Part shown: positions 9,551 through 19,200 of the stretch, one piece after another
How the letters are laid out: the number at the start of each line of letters is the position of its first letter
Position numbering within the stretch: position 1 is the stretch's first letter
DNA from: an uncultured virus (IMG/VR IMGVR_UViG_3300025121_000017)
Taxonomy: Duplodnaviria > Heunggongvirae > Uroviricota > Caudoviricetes
Reading direction: 5' to 3' (one strand)
Length of the DNA: 64,000 nt
Virus record (IMG/VR): IMGVR_UViG_3300025121_000017
Translations under genes and position numbers: made by a program
The notes under the pieces: generated by a model
What the model was told of the DNA's origin: nothing
What the model saw: only the letters and a program-made list of their open reading frames with translations
The model's database searches: none

Positions 9551-10000
9551 GTGGCTATGTATCTGTACACGCGTGGTCAATGGGAAGAGACGCAATCTAT
9601 TCCCGATCAGCAAGATAATGAGGATGAAGACACCTGGCTCCTCAGGTGTGGCTACATACCTGTCGCCGACAAAGTCGGCGGGGAGTACACAGAAAGAGAC
9701 CTGCGTTGGTATCGATCCGCCCAGGGAGATTCTTACTTGATAGAAGTCTGCCCCGCGGGCTCCTCCATCACCTTTGTGGTGGCCGCAGACACTCCGAGCT
9801 TGCTCATGTTTCTGCGCGATTTTGCTCCAGTGTTCGTGCTGCCGGATATCGCGGCGAGCATCGAGGATTTGCAGCAGACAACGCGTAGGGCGTTTCGAGC
9901 GTTGCATGGCCACGACGCGGCGAACGTCTGCGCCAAGTGCGACCCCGCGCGGTGGAGCGCGCAGCGGAAGCAAGAAGCCGCACTGAAAGGCCCCACATGA
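9551..10000 (+). CDS. hypothetical protein
   Basis: AAGGAG RBS before GTG. Confidence 0.6.
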   Translation: MAMYLYTRGQWEETQSIPDQQDNEDEDTWLLRCGYIPVADKVGGEYTERDLRWYRSAQGDSYLIEVCPAGSSITFVVAADTPSLLMFLRDFAPVFVLPDIAASIEDLQQTTRRAFRALHGHDAANVCAKCDPARWSAQRKQEAALKGPT

Positions 10001-10383
10001 CACTCCCCATCTCCGATCTCCTCCACCGCCTAGCCCTGGGCCACATCCACACCTTACCCCTCGGCACCGCCGGCGGTAACGCGCAGCATCACCGCTCCCG
10101 CCGCCCTGAGCCTGGCGACTTTGTGCTGGTCGATGGGACGCTCGGGACACCGCCTGAGCGCTGCATGGGAGTGCTCGTGGGGCTCAGCCCTCCGTTGCCT
10201 CCGCCGGACGAGAAAGACGTGCACGAGTATAGCCGTACATGGGCGATTGATTGCCTGGATGGCGTGCGCAGGGATTGGTCCAACGTTCGTGTTATTGCGC
10301 TGCCGGTGGGGAATCCGTTCGGAGAATTGAATGAAAGGTTCCGGCTTCCTTTAGCGGAGGGGTGCCGTGCCAAAGTTCGTTGA
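9997..10383 (+). CDS. hypothetical protein
   Basis: ATGA overlap with upstream gene. Confidence 0.6.
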   Translation: MTLPISDLLHRLALGHIHTLPLGTAGGNAQHHRSRRPEPGDFVLVDGTLGTPPERCMGVLVGLSPPLPPPDEKDVHEYSRTWAIDCLDGVRRDWSNVRVIALPVGNPFGELNERFRLPLAEGCRAKVR

Positions 10384-11137
10384 TCTTCTGGCTGCGGTCA
10401 TCGATCGTGATGGCCCAGACTGCCAGCACTGCGGCGGTCTTGTGTTTCCCCAGGATCACTTGCTGCGGCGGAAGGTCCACCACGAGGACGGTGGCCGCCG
10501 TGAGGTAGCTAATCTCGTCCTGGTGCATCGGTGCTGCGGACAGAAGCTCGAAGCCGCGTACCAAGCAGCACGCTCAGTGCCAGCACCCGCGGCGGCAGTG
10601 ACGCGTCAGGAAAAAACGCTCGCGTCTATCGTCGCCCGAGACGGCGATACGTGCCAACATTGCGGCGTGCGCGTCGCTCCAGCAGACGCCTTCCTGCGGC
10701 GGAAGGTGCGCAAGCAAGAGGGCGGCGGTCGAACGCCGGATAACCTTATCCTGGTCCACCGGCGGTGCGAGGAGCAGCTCGAGTGCGTGTACTGGCTGCC
10801 AGAGGAGACGGCGCCTCCGGAGCCGCCGCCAGCCCCTGTCACGCCGAAGTCGAGCCCTCGTCTCTGCGATGCGCGCATCCGCCGCGTGCTTACACCTGAA
10901 GACGTTGTGCGGGGAGCTTGCGGCAAGAAAGTTTTCTCGAATAAGAAGGACGCGAAGACGGCCGCGAATCGACTGGCGCACCGCGGTAACGGTGAGCTGC
11001 GCGCATACCCCTGCGACGTCTGTGCGGGCGGCGTGTGGCATCTCAGTAGTCGGGTCGACCCTTTTGCGCCGGACATGAGCCAGAAGCGCCCACGGCGGCG
11101 TGAAAGAGAGCTACTTTCCGTTGATGACGATCTATGA
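10367..11137 (+). CDS. tandem degenerate HNH domains plus C-terminal Zn finger
   Basis: Two RDG..CQHCG...GG....NL.LVHR.C units; CGKK...YPCDVC...WHL. Confidence 0.7.
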   Translation: MPKFVDLLAAVIDRDGPDCQHCGGLVFPQDHLLRRKVHHEDGGRREVANLVLVHRCCGQKLEAAYQAARSVPAPAAAVTRQEKTLASIVARDGDTCQHCGVRVAPADAFLRRKVRKQEGGGRTPDNLILVHRRCEEQLECVYWLPEETAPPEPPPAPVTPKSSPRLCDARIRRVLTPEDVVRGACGKKVFSNKKDAKTAANRLAHRGNGELRAYPCDVCAGGVWHLSSRVDPFAPDMSQKRPRRRERELLSVDDDL

Positions 11138-11142
11138 TTAAT

Positions 11143-11176
11143 TGTCATTGACAAACTTTCAGAAACATTCTATCTT
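11143..11176 (+). promoter_or_regulatory. GTCATTGACA-class promoter
   Basis: TGTCATTGACA-17-TATCTT. Confidence 0.75.
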
Positions 11177-11203
11177 CTACTTACTTGTTTCCTGGAGATT
11201 AAC

Positions 11204-11512
11204 GTGCGCGGTTACTCTTTCGACTCTCATCTCGACTCCGACCAGGAGCCCATCGACGTCCCAGACGTCACCTGCGTCGGCGCAACCTCCCTGGCACTGC
11301 ACGTCCGCCTCGCCAACGGTCGCGAGCGCTGGGTGCCGCGCTCGACACTGCACGACTCGTCGGAGCTCCAGCAGGAGGGTGATGAAGGGGTGCTGTCAGT
11401 GCATGCGTGGTGGGCCGAGGAAGTGGAGATCGAGGCGCTTGCTGCGATGGGGCCGGAGCAGAGCGCGAAGCTGCCGGATGAGCTTGAGGAGATGTTGGCG
11501 GGGATGGCGTGA
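11204..11512 (+). CDS. hypothetical acidic protein
   Basis: GGAG RBS; first gene after promoter. Confidence 0.65.
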   Translation: MRGYSFDSHLDSDQEPIDVPDVTCVGATSLALHVRLANGRERWVPRSTLHDSSELQQEGDEGVLSVHAWWAEEVEIEALAAMGPEQSAKLPDELEEMLAGMA

Positions 11513-11862
11513 GCGACGCCTGGCTCTTCCGCCACGTTCAAGCCAACTCCTCGCGCTGGGAGTCGCTTCCGGACGTGCGAAGCTACCGCAGCCTGCGCCG
11601 GTACGTCCGCGGGATGGGTGTCCACATTGGGCGTCGCTGGCGGTACCGCTTGCCGGACCCGATCCTGGATAGCTTCACGGTGCCTGTGCTGTCGTGTTAT
11701 CGCTATCTCACGCTTCGGCGGAAGGGTGCGGTGCTCGGGTGGGGCGCGGAGGAGCTGGAGGTTGAGGACGTGCCGGTAAGTGTCCGGACGCGCCATGCAG
11801 CCGCGCTGAGGCGAAAAGCCCGCGCGGCGCTCAAATTCTTAAAGGAAATTGACCGTGACTGA
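11509..11862 (+). CDS. hypothetical protein
   Basis: GTGA overlap with upstream gene. Confidence 0.6.
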   Translation: MSDAWLFRHVQANSSRWESLPDVRSYRSLRRYVRGMGVHIGRRWRYRLPDPILDSFTVPVLSCYRYLTLRRKGAVLGWGAEELEVEDVPVSVRTRHAAALRRKARAALKFLKEIDRD

Positions 11863-12142
11863 CTACATTCGTCTGTTTCTCTTCATCGCGGTCCTCATTT
11901 TGACACCGCTGACCGTTTACGCCTGGCTGCGCGCCGTGGACGCTATTTTCTCCTGGTGGGGGCGTCGCGCGCTTCCGATCGAGCCTGGGCAGTGCTGGTG
12001 TCGGGTCGCGTCGGGCGGTGAATGCGTGATGACGTCCGGGGTTGACACCCGCGGTAACGTTTGGTTCGTGCATGAGGGTGAGACGAAGACTATGTGGCTC
12101 TCTGAGCGTTTATTTCGGCGGCTCTTTCGTCGAGTCAAGTGA
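11849..12142 (+). CDS. hypothetical membrane protein
   Basis: N-terminal hydrophobic helix. Confidence 0.6.
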   Translation: MTVTDYIRLFLFIAVLILTPLTVYAWLRAVDAIFSWWGRRALPIEPGQCWCRVASGGECVMTSGVDTRGNVWFVHEGETKTMWLSERLFRRLFRRVK

Positions 12143-12151
12143 GGGGTTAGC

Positions 12152-12433
12152 GTGAAGGAATTAACTGGACACTCGAGCAACATCTTCCTCGTACCTGATG
12201 CGGATACGCAGAGACTCGCAGCCAGCCTGGAGATCGTGCTCATCGTGTCAGAGCCTGAGTACCTCGTTGCGGACGGCAAGCTTGCGCGAGTACGCCAGCT
12301 GTCGACGCTTCGGTTTTCTGCGACGCCGGGGCCGCTTCGGGCGTTCATTGCGGACTTGACACGGCAGGTGGAAGAGGCGGAGCGACTCGCAGAAGTTGTG
12401 AAACGTGGGGATTGGGCTGACTCAACATCCTAG
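12152..12433 (+). CDS. hypothetical protein
   Basis: GAGGGG RBS; operon tiling. Confidence 0.6.
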   Translation: MKELTGHSSNIFLVPDADTQRLAASLEIVLIVSEPEYLVADGKLARVRQLSTLRFSATPGPLRAFIADLTRQVEEAERLAEVVKRGDWADSTS

Positions 12434-12446
12434 AAAGGTCGATTCA

Positions 12447-13127
12447 ATGGCAAAGACACGGCTGACCAAAGACATCAAAGATAGCATGCGCAAGCTCGCT
12501 GCGAAGCAGCTTGACCTCCCGGAATTCCGCGCAGCGGAAGAGACAGCGCTCGAGGCGTTTCAGCGTGCCTTCACGGCGTGGCTCCCGGGCGTCCTGCCTG
12601 AGGCGGACATGGAGGTACTGCGCCTGTACCGATACACTACGTCCCCCGACATTGCGTGGGCGCGCGTCCACGTTACTGATGGCGTACTGGCGTCCTGCCC
12701 GGAACCTCAGCGGAGCCGGCAGACCGATCATCGGTTGGTACCGATACCGAAGATGGGGATTCCGCAGCGCTGGCATGGGTACCACGGAAACGGGTGTCTC
12801 GATATGTGCGAGGTTCAGCGCATGGTGGGCTTCACAGAGATCGCACAGCTGGCCGAGACCTTCAACCCCTGGTGTGCCGCGCACGATGCACATAAAGCTG
12901 CGCGCGCCGAGGCGCTCGAGGACTTCAACCGACTCCTCGCTGCGTGCAATACGGTTGAGGATGTTGCGGAGACGTGGCCAGGGGCGGCGATCTTCCTGCC
13001 GCGGCAGGTGGAGCCCGCGGACGATGGCGTGAAGGCGCGTGTGGCGGAGGCGTTTCGCGCGGGGAGGTTCGCCCCCGACGCAGAAGCGGTGGCGACGCAG
13101 GCGGACGACACGGAGACGGACTGGTGA
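12447..13127 (+). CDS. Nmad5-like (nucleotide-modification-associated domain 5) protein
   Basis: N-terminal TRLTKDIK and C-terminal NTVEDVAETWPGA. Confidence 0.55.
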   Translation: MAKTRLTKDIKDSMRKLAAKQLDLPEFRAAEETALEAFQRAFTAWLPGVLPEADMEVLRLYRYTTSPDIAWARVHVTDGVLASCPEPQRSRQTDHRLVPIPKMGIPQRWHGYHGNGCLDMCEVQRMVGFTEIAQLAETFNPWCAAHDAHKAARAEALEDFNRLLAACNTVEDVAETWPGAAIFLPRQVEPADDGVKARVAEAFRAGRFAPDAEAVATQADDTETDW

Positions 13128-13165
13128 CCGCCGCGCCAAAACGATGAATGGAGAGGAGGGGGGCC

Positions 13166-13723
13166 ATGTTGCGACTCGATCGGCGAAGAGATGAAATTCT
13201 GGGGCACGTGCCGGACTGGTTAAGAGATCCGCTCGAGTCCAGTGGCTTACCCTGGGGCGTCTGCGGCGGTACAGTCCGTGATGTGCTCCGCGGCGTCGCT
13301 CCGCGTGATGTGGATGTGATTTCGTTTCTATCGACGCGGCGACTGCTGGCGTTGATGGCGGACCTGCACCCGAACGCACAGGTGAAGGGGCCGTACACAG
13401 CAGGCGGACGCGGCAAGACGCCGATCCCAATGGCGGAGTGGCGCGCTAAGAGCGACGTTGAGCCGCTTGTCATTCTGGTTCAAGGCGTCGAGCTGTGGTC
13501 CTGCCTCGAGTATGGCTGGACGCGTCCGCCAGACGGGAGGGTCGTCGAGTTCGACTTCACGTGCAACGCGATGGCGGTCTGGAATACTGGGCATCTTTCG
13601 GCGGACAGTGCGGACATTGACCACGTGGAAGCGGGGCGGATGGCGGTAGTGAACTCGCCTCGCGCGCTCCGTCCGCACCGGCAGGCGCATATGGAGAACA
13701 AGGGGTTTGTACTTGTACCGTAA
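13166..13723 (+). CDS. nucleotidyltransferase, poly(A) polymerase/CCA-adding head domain only
   Basis: GGTVRD...PRDVDV...FDFTCNAMA. Confidence 0.75.
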   Translation: MLRLDRRRDEILGHVPDWLRDPLESSGLPWGVCGGTVRDVLRGVAPRDVDVISFLSTRRLLALMADLHPNAQVKGPYTAGGRGKTPIPMAEWRAKSDVEPLVILVQGVELWSCLEYGWTRPPDGRVVEFDFTCNAMAVWNTGHLSADSADIDHVEAGRMAVVNSPRALRPHRQAHMENKGFVLVP

Positions 13724-13733
13724 GGAGCTGGCT

Positions 13734-14009
13734 ATGGATCAAGAAGACTTGTACGCGCAGACGCAGGACGCGACCGACACCGAAGAGGTGCTATTCGTGG
13801 ACGACGCGGGATGCCCGGTTCGCCTCGTTACTTATCTTCCGTCTGGCAGGCAGGACGTGCAAGTTCAGACCGGACCCGCGCACGATAGGGCGCTTGCCCG
13901 CGCTCGAGAGTTGATGAGAGAGCGCGGCTGTGGGTTACGGGACACTGGAAGCGTTGGCATGTTTGGCTGGTACTATGCGGTAGAGCCTTTGCAGGAGGCG
14001 AGCACATGA
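13734..14009 (+). CDS. hypothetical protein
   Basis: TAAGGAG RBS. Confidence 0.6.
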   Translation: MDQEDLYAQTQDATDTEEVLFVDDAGCPVRLVTYLPSGRQDVQVQTGPAHDRALARARELMRERGCGLRDTGSVGMFGWYYAVEPLQEAST

Positions 14010-14314
14010 AAACAGTCGAGGAGATGAGCATTGAAGATCTCGAAACTGCGCTGCGAGCACGCCTCCAGGAGAAGCAAGCGAAAGCTGCCCCCTGGCCACG
14101 TCCCCTTGTCATGTGGGCGCAGACCAACAAAGTATTTGAAACAGACGCCGGGCCGAAGTTCGAGCGGGAGGCCTGGGGAGCCGGGCAGGCCCCGGGTCTG
14201 TTCCGTCATCTCGGCGCGGAAGTCGAGCTGACGTTCAGTGTCAACGAGGACGGTGAAGCACAGGTGGCTGTGCTGCGCTGCGACGGCTCGTTGTGGGTCC
14301 GGGAGAAGAAATGA
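14006..14314 (+). CDS. hypothetical protein
   Basis: AGGAGG RBS, ATGA-type overlap. Confidence 0.65.
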   Translation: MKTVEEMSIEDLETALRARLQEKQAKAAPWPRPLVMWAQTNKVFETDAGPKFEREAWGAGQAPGLFRHLGAEVELTFSVNEDGEAQVAVLRCDGSLWVREKK

Positions 14315-14826
14315 TACAGCAATGCCGCCAAGCCACCCGCCTCGCCTTCCGCCTTCACTGGCACGAGACGCACAAGTCTCCCATCTCCAACCGCACCTTC
14401 TGGCGGCGCGTCCCGACATACGCGCAGCTCGGTGCCACGGCGCTGTACCACGGACTTCCGGACGAGGATCTACGCGAGGCGCGCGCCGTGGGTGTGTCGA
14501 TGTTTGACCGTCCCACCTTCCGCGACTGGCAAGAGGTGCACCCGGGCACGCGCCGTCCTGGCCCGAACGCGTACGGGCGCAGCGCATGGCTGCACGAGGC
14601 CACGGGTGCGGTGGTTACGCTGTTCTTGGACTCCCGGCAGCGGGAGATAGCCGTAGAGTGCGGTGCACTACGGCACGTCATCTGGACGAAAGGTCCCGCA
14701 TACGGCTGGGTTGACGCGTTCGCGCGGGCGCTGAAGACGATGGGCGGCGCGCCGAAGTCTGGGGCGTGGAGGCGGATGTTCGGGCCGACGTGGAAGCTCG
14801 CGCGGAAGGGATGCGCACATGCGTAG
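14311..14826 (+). CDS. hypothetical protein
   Basis: ATGA overlap with upstream gene. Confidence 0.6.
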   Translation: MIQQCRQATRLAFRLHWHETHKSPISNRTFWRRVPTYAQLGATALYHGLPDEDLREARAVGVSMFDRPTFRDWQEVHPGTRRPGPNAYGRSAWLHEATGAVVTLFLDSRQREIAVECGALRHVIWTKGPAYGWVDAFARALKTMGGAPKSGAWRRMFGPTWKLARKGCAHA

Positions 14827-15064
14827 CCGAAGCGATCGTCTTTGGAACGCGTACCTCGAGCGTGTCTTTGGGCACGTGGGTTATGCCATAAAGCCGCCAC
14901 TCGGGCCGCTGCCGGGTTGGGCGCGTGAAGCTCCGGTGCCGCTGGCGGAACGGATAACCTACCGCGTCAGGTATGTGTGGTGGGCGCTGCACTGTCGAGT
15001 CGATAGGTACCTCGGACGGGCGAGGCAGGCGCGATGGAAGGCAGAACGAGACTGGCCGCAATAA
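14819..15064 (+). CDS. hypothetical protein
   Basis: Operon tiling. Confidence 0.5.
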   Translation: MRSRSDRLWNAYLERVFGHVGYAIKPPLGPLPGWAREAPVPLAERITYRVRYVWWALHCRVDRYLGRARQARWKAERDWPQ

Positions 15065-15080
15065 TATTGAGGTGTCTGCG

Positions 15081-15458
15081 ATGAGGCATAGACCTGTTTT
15101 GTCCAATGTAGGAATGATGGCGCTCCTCCTGTCTGGACTTCCGAGTACAGCACTGAGCGCGCCAGCCGCCGAAACTGAAGAGGAGCGGCGAGCCCGGCTG
15201 GCGCGCCTGGACGCAGAGGACTTCGCGCGCCGTGAGGCTGCGCAGCAGCGCCAGATTGCGCCAAAGACTGTGCACGCCTTGCGTGCCACGCTCGAGTCGC
15301 CTTGCCTCGTATCCGCAGACGGGGCTCACACCGTCGAGACTCGAGCCAACGGACGCATCTGCACACTCTGCCGGACCTGGGGTCCGCTGTTGATCCCGCC
15401 GGAGACGCGGCAGCAGAGACGGGCGGCGGAGCGCGAAAAGAAGAGTCGAAAGCGTTGA
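15081..15458 (+). CDS. hypothetical protein
   Basis: GAGGT RBS. Confidence 0.55.
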   Translation: MRHRPVLSNVGMMALLLSGLPSTALSAPAAETEEERRARLARLDAEDFARREAAQQRQIAPKTVHALRATLESPCLVSADGAHTVETRANGRICTLCRTWGPLLIPPETRQQRRAAEREKKSRKR

Positions 15459-15482
15459 CACTCAGCCGAAGGACAGTGTATT

Positions 15483-15695
15483 ATGCAAGACACATTATTG
15501 CACACAGAAGCTCTGGCAGGTGCCATTCGCGTTAAACGAGGCGCCGAGTCGCTGCGAGACGCCGCGATGAAGATCGGCGTAGGTTTCGCTACGCTGAGCC
15601 GTATCGAACGCGGAAAGACGCCAAGCCTCGAGGCCTACGTACGTGTCTGCCTGTGGCTCGGTAAACCGCTTGAGACCTATATCGCGATTGACTGA
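15483..15695 (+). CDS. XRE-family HTH regulator
   Basis: SLRDAA..IGVGFATLSRIERGKTPS. Confidence 0.85.
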   Translation: MQDTLLHTEALAGAIRVKRGAESLRDAAMKIGVGFATLSRIERGKTPSLEAYVRVCLWLGKPLETYIAID

Positions 15696-15703
15696 GGGGT
15701 GCC

Positions 15704-16201
15704 GTGTGGCGCAGCTTGACCTGTTTGGGGGTGACAGTGCTGACAATCGACGAAGAGACGTTCCTGCGAGGGCTGCTGGAGACAGACAATGCACGTCTGC
15801 TGCGCGAGATACACACAGCACTGGACAGTCGGGCGGCGTGGCTGCCAGTAGCACTGCGGAAGGCGCAGCTCAGTGGCGTGATCTGGGGACAGGAGACTGC
15901 GCCGCGGGTGTGCCCTGCGCCGGGAACGGAGACGTTACTCGAGTTGCAGAGATGGGCGGCACGCCAGCTGGCGGAGAAGCTAATATCGCTATGCTTGTTG
16001 ATGAAAGCATCGGCGGAGTCGGAGGAGACGCACGCAGTGGACTTCACGAAAACGCCATCGCGCAAGGAAATGCAGGAGGGGATACTCCACTTGAAAGAGG
16101 AGTATGCGCGTCCGACGGCGATTCATCTGGAGGAGCATGTGGCGCAAGCGCTCGAGAACGAGATCCTGCTCCTGGGGCACAGCCCGATCGATGTCCCATA
16201 A
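15704..16201 (+). CDS. possible overlapping +1-frame ORF
   Basis: Shares the RBS (GTGTG double start); reads more protein-like than the primase frame here. Confidence 0.35.
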   Translation: MWRSLTCLGVTVLTIDEETFLRGLLETDNARLLREIHTALDSRAAWLPVALRKAQLSGVIWGQETAPRVCPAPGTETLLELQRWAARQLAEKLISLCLLMKASAESEETHAVDFTKTPSRKEMQEGILHLKEEYARPTAIHLEEHVAQALENEILLLGHSPIDVP

Positions 16202-19200
16202 CACACGTCGCCACGTGCCAGGAGCCCTGGCTCACAGCTCTGCTTGACGGCCAGAAGACGGTAGAGACTCGCTGGGCCAACGACACACGCCCACCCTATA
16301 ACCGTGTGCAACAAGGGGACCGCCTCATCTTCAAGGCAGGCGGAATGCTCCTGGGCGAGGCCTTTGTTACGCACGCACGGGGCTACAGCATCGCTTCCGG
16401 AGAGTCCGTACCGGACGTGCGGCGGGAGGCACTGCTGGACGATTGGGACGCGCGAGTTCAGGCGCATAAATATGTTACGCTGATCTGGCTTGACGCTGCG
16501 CGGCGCTATGCAGTGCCGGTGCGCTTTACTGGCCCCATGCGCCCTAGTTGGGTTGTGGATTGGAGAGATAAAGATGGACACATCCGGCGCGTGGTACGAT
16601 CCATTTCGAGTCTATCCAGAGCTGAGGACGAGGTACGGTCAACACTTGCTTTGCCTTCGGAGCAGGCTGGAGACTGCACGAGCGGTACTAGCGGGTTCGC
16701 CCCCAACGGGGCACTGGACAGAGAAACAGATCCGCAAGTCGGAGAAGGTTACAGCGCGGTGGGCTTGGACGGACGAGCCCTAGAAACCGAAGGGATCGCC
16801 GATGCCGACACTGCGAGAATGGCTATGCCTGCGGACGGTGAACACGTTCAAGGGCTCGATACTGTTACCGCCGCGCCCTCTCCCGAAGCGCGTGGTGGAC
16901 TCATTGCTGGCCCTACGCCCGCAGGAGACACAGTCCCGACAGAAGCTGCAGGACTTGACGTGGAGAGAGGCGATGCTGCTGCGGGCGGAGTTGGCACTGC
17001 TGTAGCCCCGCACCGCTACGTCCTCCTCTCCCCCGACGCCATCTTCCTCGCTTCCCCCGCCGACTACTGCCGCCACGTCGTCGCCTGCTACCTCCAGCGC
17101 GTGCCAATCTCCGGAGCCGACCGCCTCCCGCAAGCCTCCGCGCTTTGGGAGAAGTGCCGCGTTGAGCTGGGCGACGCTGAAGAGATGCCGCCGGACATCC
17201 CCGACGAGCGGTGGATCGACTTCATCTCTCTGCTCGAGCGCACCGGACGCGTCAAGAAGGTCTGGCCTGAGATCGCCACCCGACGCAAAGAGCGCAAGAA
17301 CTGCGCCAAACTCGCGGACGCGATCCTGGATACACGGCTCACGGCGTCCGCCTTGGGCCTGGCGGAGAACGAGTGCCCCGCCTGCCGGGAGTGCGATGAC
17401 ACCATGAAGCACTTCGGAGGCGACGGCGGTAAGGCGAAGTGGAAGCACTTCCGCGGGCACTGCGGGGACGGCGGCGGGCCGGCGAAGATGGCTGAGCTGG
17501 TCCTCGGTAAGGACGGCGCCGCAGCGTTTCTCTCGGACCAGGTAGGCGAGCAAACTCCGGCTCCTCCGGAGTGGCCGCAGGAAGACATGAGCCGAGTCAG
17601 CGATGACCCGGACGAAGAGGAAGACGATGAAGAGGGAGCACCTGCCGAGCCGAAGAAGGCCTGGTACGGTCCGGCCCATGTGGCGCGGGCATGGGAAGCG
17701 TGCCGTTCGCTCGATGAACTGCCGGAGTACAGGCCTGGCATGCGTGTCGAGCTCGCGGGAAGCGCGCTAACCTGGCCGGCGGACGTGCGGATTTGTACCG
17801 TTAACTGCGAAGGGGTGATGGGCAAGGGCGTCGCCGCTGCGTTCAAGGAGGCATATCCGGGGCTGCTCGAGGCGTATCAGGTTGCGTGTCGCGGCGAAAC
17901 GAGCACCACGTGTCGCGTGCATGTCGGCCAGCCGCACGATGTTCTGGCAACACGTCCCTCTGTTCTGGGGAATCCATTTTCTCATCTGGAGCGATCGACG
18001 GCGGACGTTTATGTGGCGACGCGAGACGAGGCTTGCGATGCGCACGAGTTCTGGCTGCGCACCGGAGAATTGAGCGAGGCATGCCGGGCTCAGTTCACGT
18101 CAGAAGCGCTCCAGGCGCTCGAGGCACAGCGGCGAGATGTGCTGGCTCATCTGCCGGATCTGTGGGGGAAGCGCATCGCTTGCGTGTGCCGGGCTGAGGA
18201 GCGCTGCCACGTAGACACGCTGGTCCGCTTGGCTGACGAGACACACACGGGCCTGGTGTCGGCGGCAAGCGTGCCTCGCGTAGAGCACGACGGTGTTACG
18301 CACCTCAACATCTACAGCCAGGCTGAGACAGAGCTGGGGCGTTTCTGGTCAAACTTCCAGTACGCGCCGACTCGAACCGAGGACGGTCCGTTCGACTCGA
18401 TCGAGGGCCTCTGGTACTATCTGCTTTCCGCGCCGACGCCTGCGCGTGAGAAGCTCAGGACATTGTCCGGCTACGAGGCCAAGCAGTACGGGCGGACTCT
18501 GCCACGTGAGGACTGGCGAGACACCGCCGATTTTCGGCGCAAGGTCTGCGCAGCACTTCACCTCAAGGGTGAGGCGAGCCCGCGCATGCTGGCAGCGCTG
18601 AAGGCATCGACGCTCCCGCTCGATCACTATTATGTCTACGGTGACGCTGCAAAGCGTCCAGAGCGCGGACGGTGGATGCTTCAATGCCTCGAAGCTATGC
18701 GGCGAGGAACACCGGCACCGGTCGAGCTTCGCCCCGGGGGTGTGTTTCGCTGGGACGCGCCGGACGGCACTGTCGTCTTGTGCGCTGCCACGAAGGACGC
18801 GTGGAAAGAACCGTCGCGATATACCTGGGTCGAGGCGTGCGCCGCCGAACTGCGCAGGCACGTCGACACCCTGCACGCTGAGCGTCGACGGCTGCGTGTG
18901 GCTCTGCCTGCGCTCGGCTGTCAGAACGGCAAGCTCGACTGGGAGGGCGTGCTGGTCCGGCTCGAGTACGCGTTTCGAGGTTGCAAGGCTGACGTGGTGG
19001 TCCTGTCTCCGGACGCGGAGAAGCGCGCGAGCACTGTGGACGACCCGGTGGCGCGGTATGTCGACTCCAGGCAGCTCTTGTCCCCGGAGATCGACGCGCG
19101 CGCCGCGGACAGCGACACGCCTCTCCGTCTCGGACTCGAGCCGCTGTTGGCGCAGGCGCCGGCCCTGGTGACGCCTATCCGGGACGCGGCTGGCGTTGTG

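Noticed and set aside
15455..15484. TTGACA-18-TATTAT as promoter of the XRE gene at 15483
   Set aside because: The -10 overlaps that ATG, so it cannot serve this start; its role is unresolved
17740..19010. Primase inserts as inteins
   Set aside because: No intein splice-junction (C...HN) or LAGLIDADG motifs; the inserts are recognisable enzyme domains
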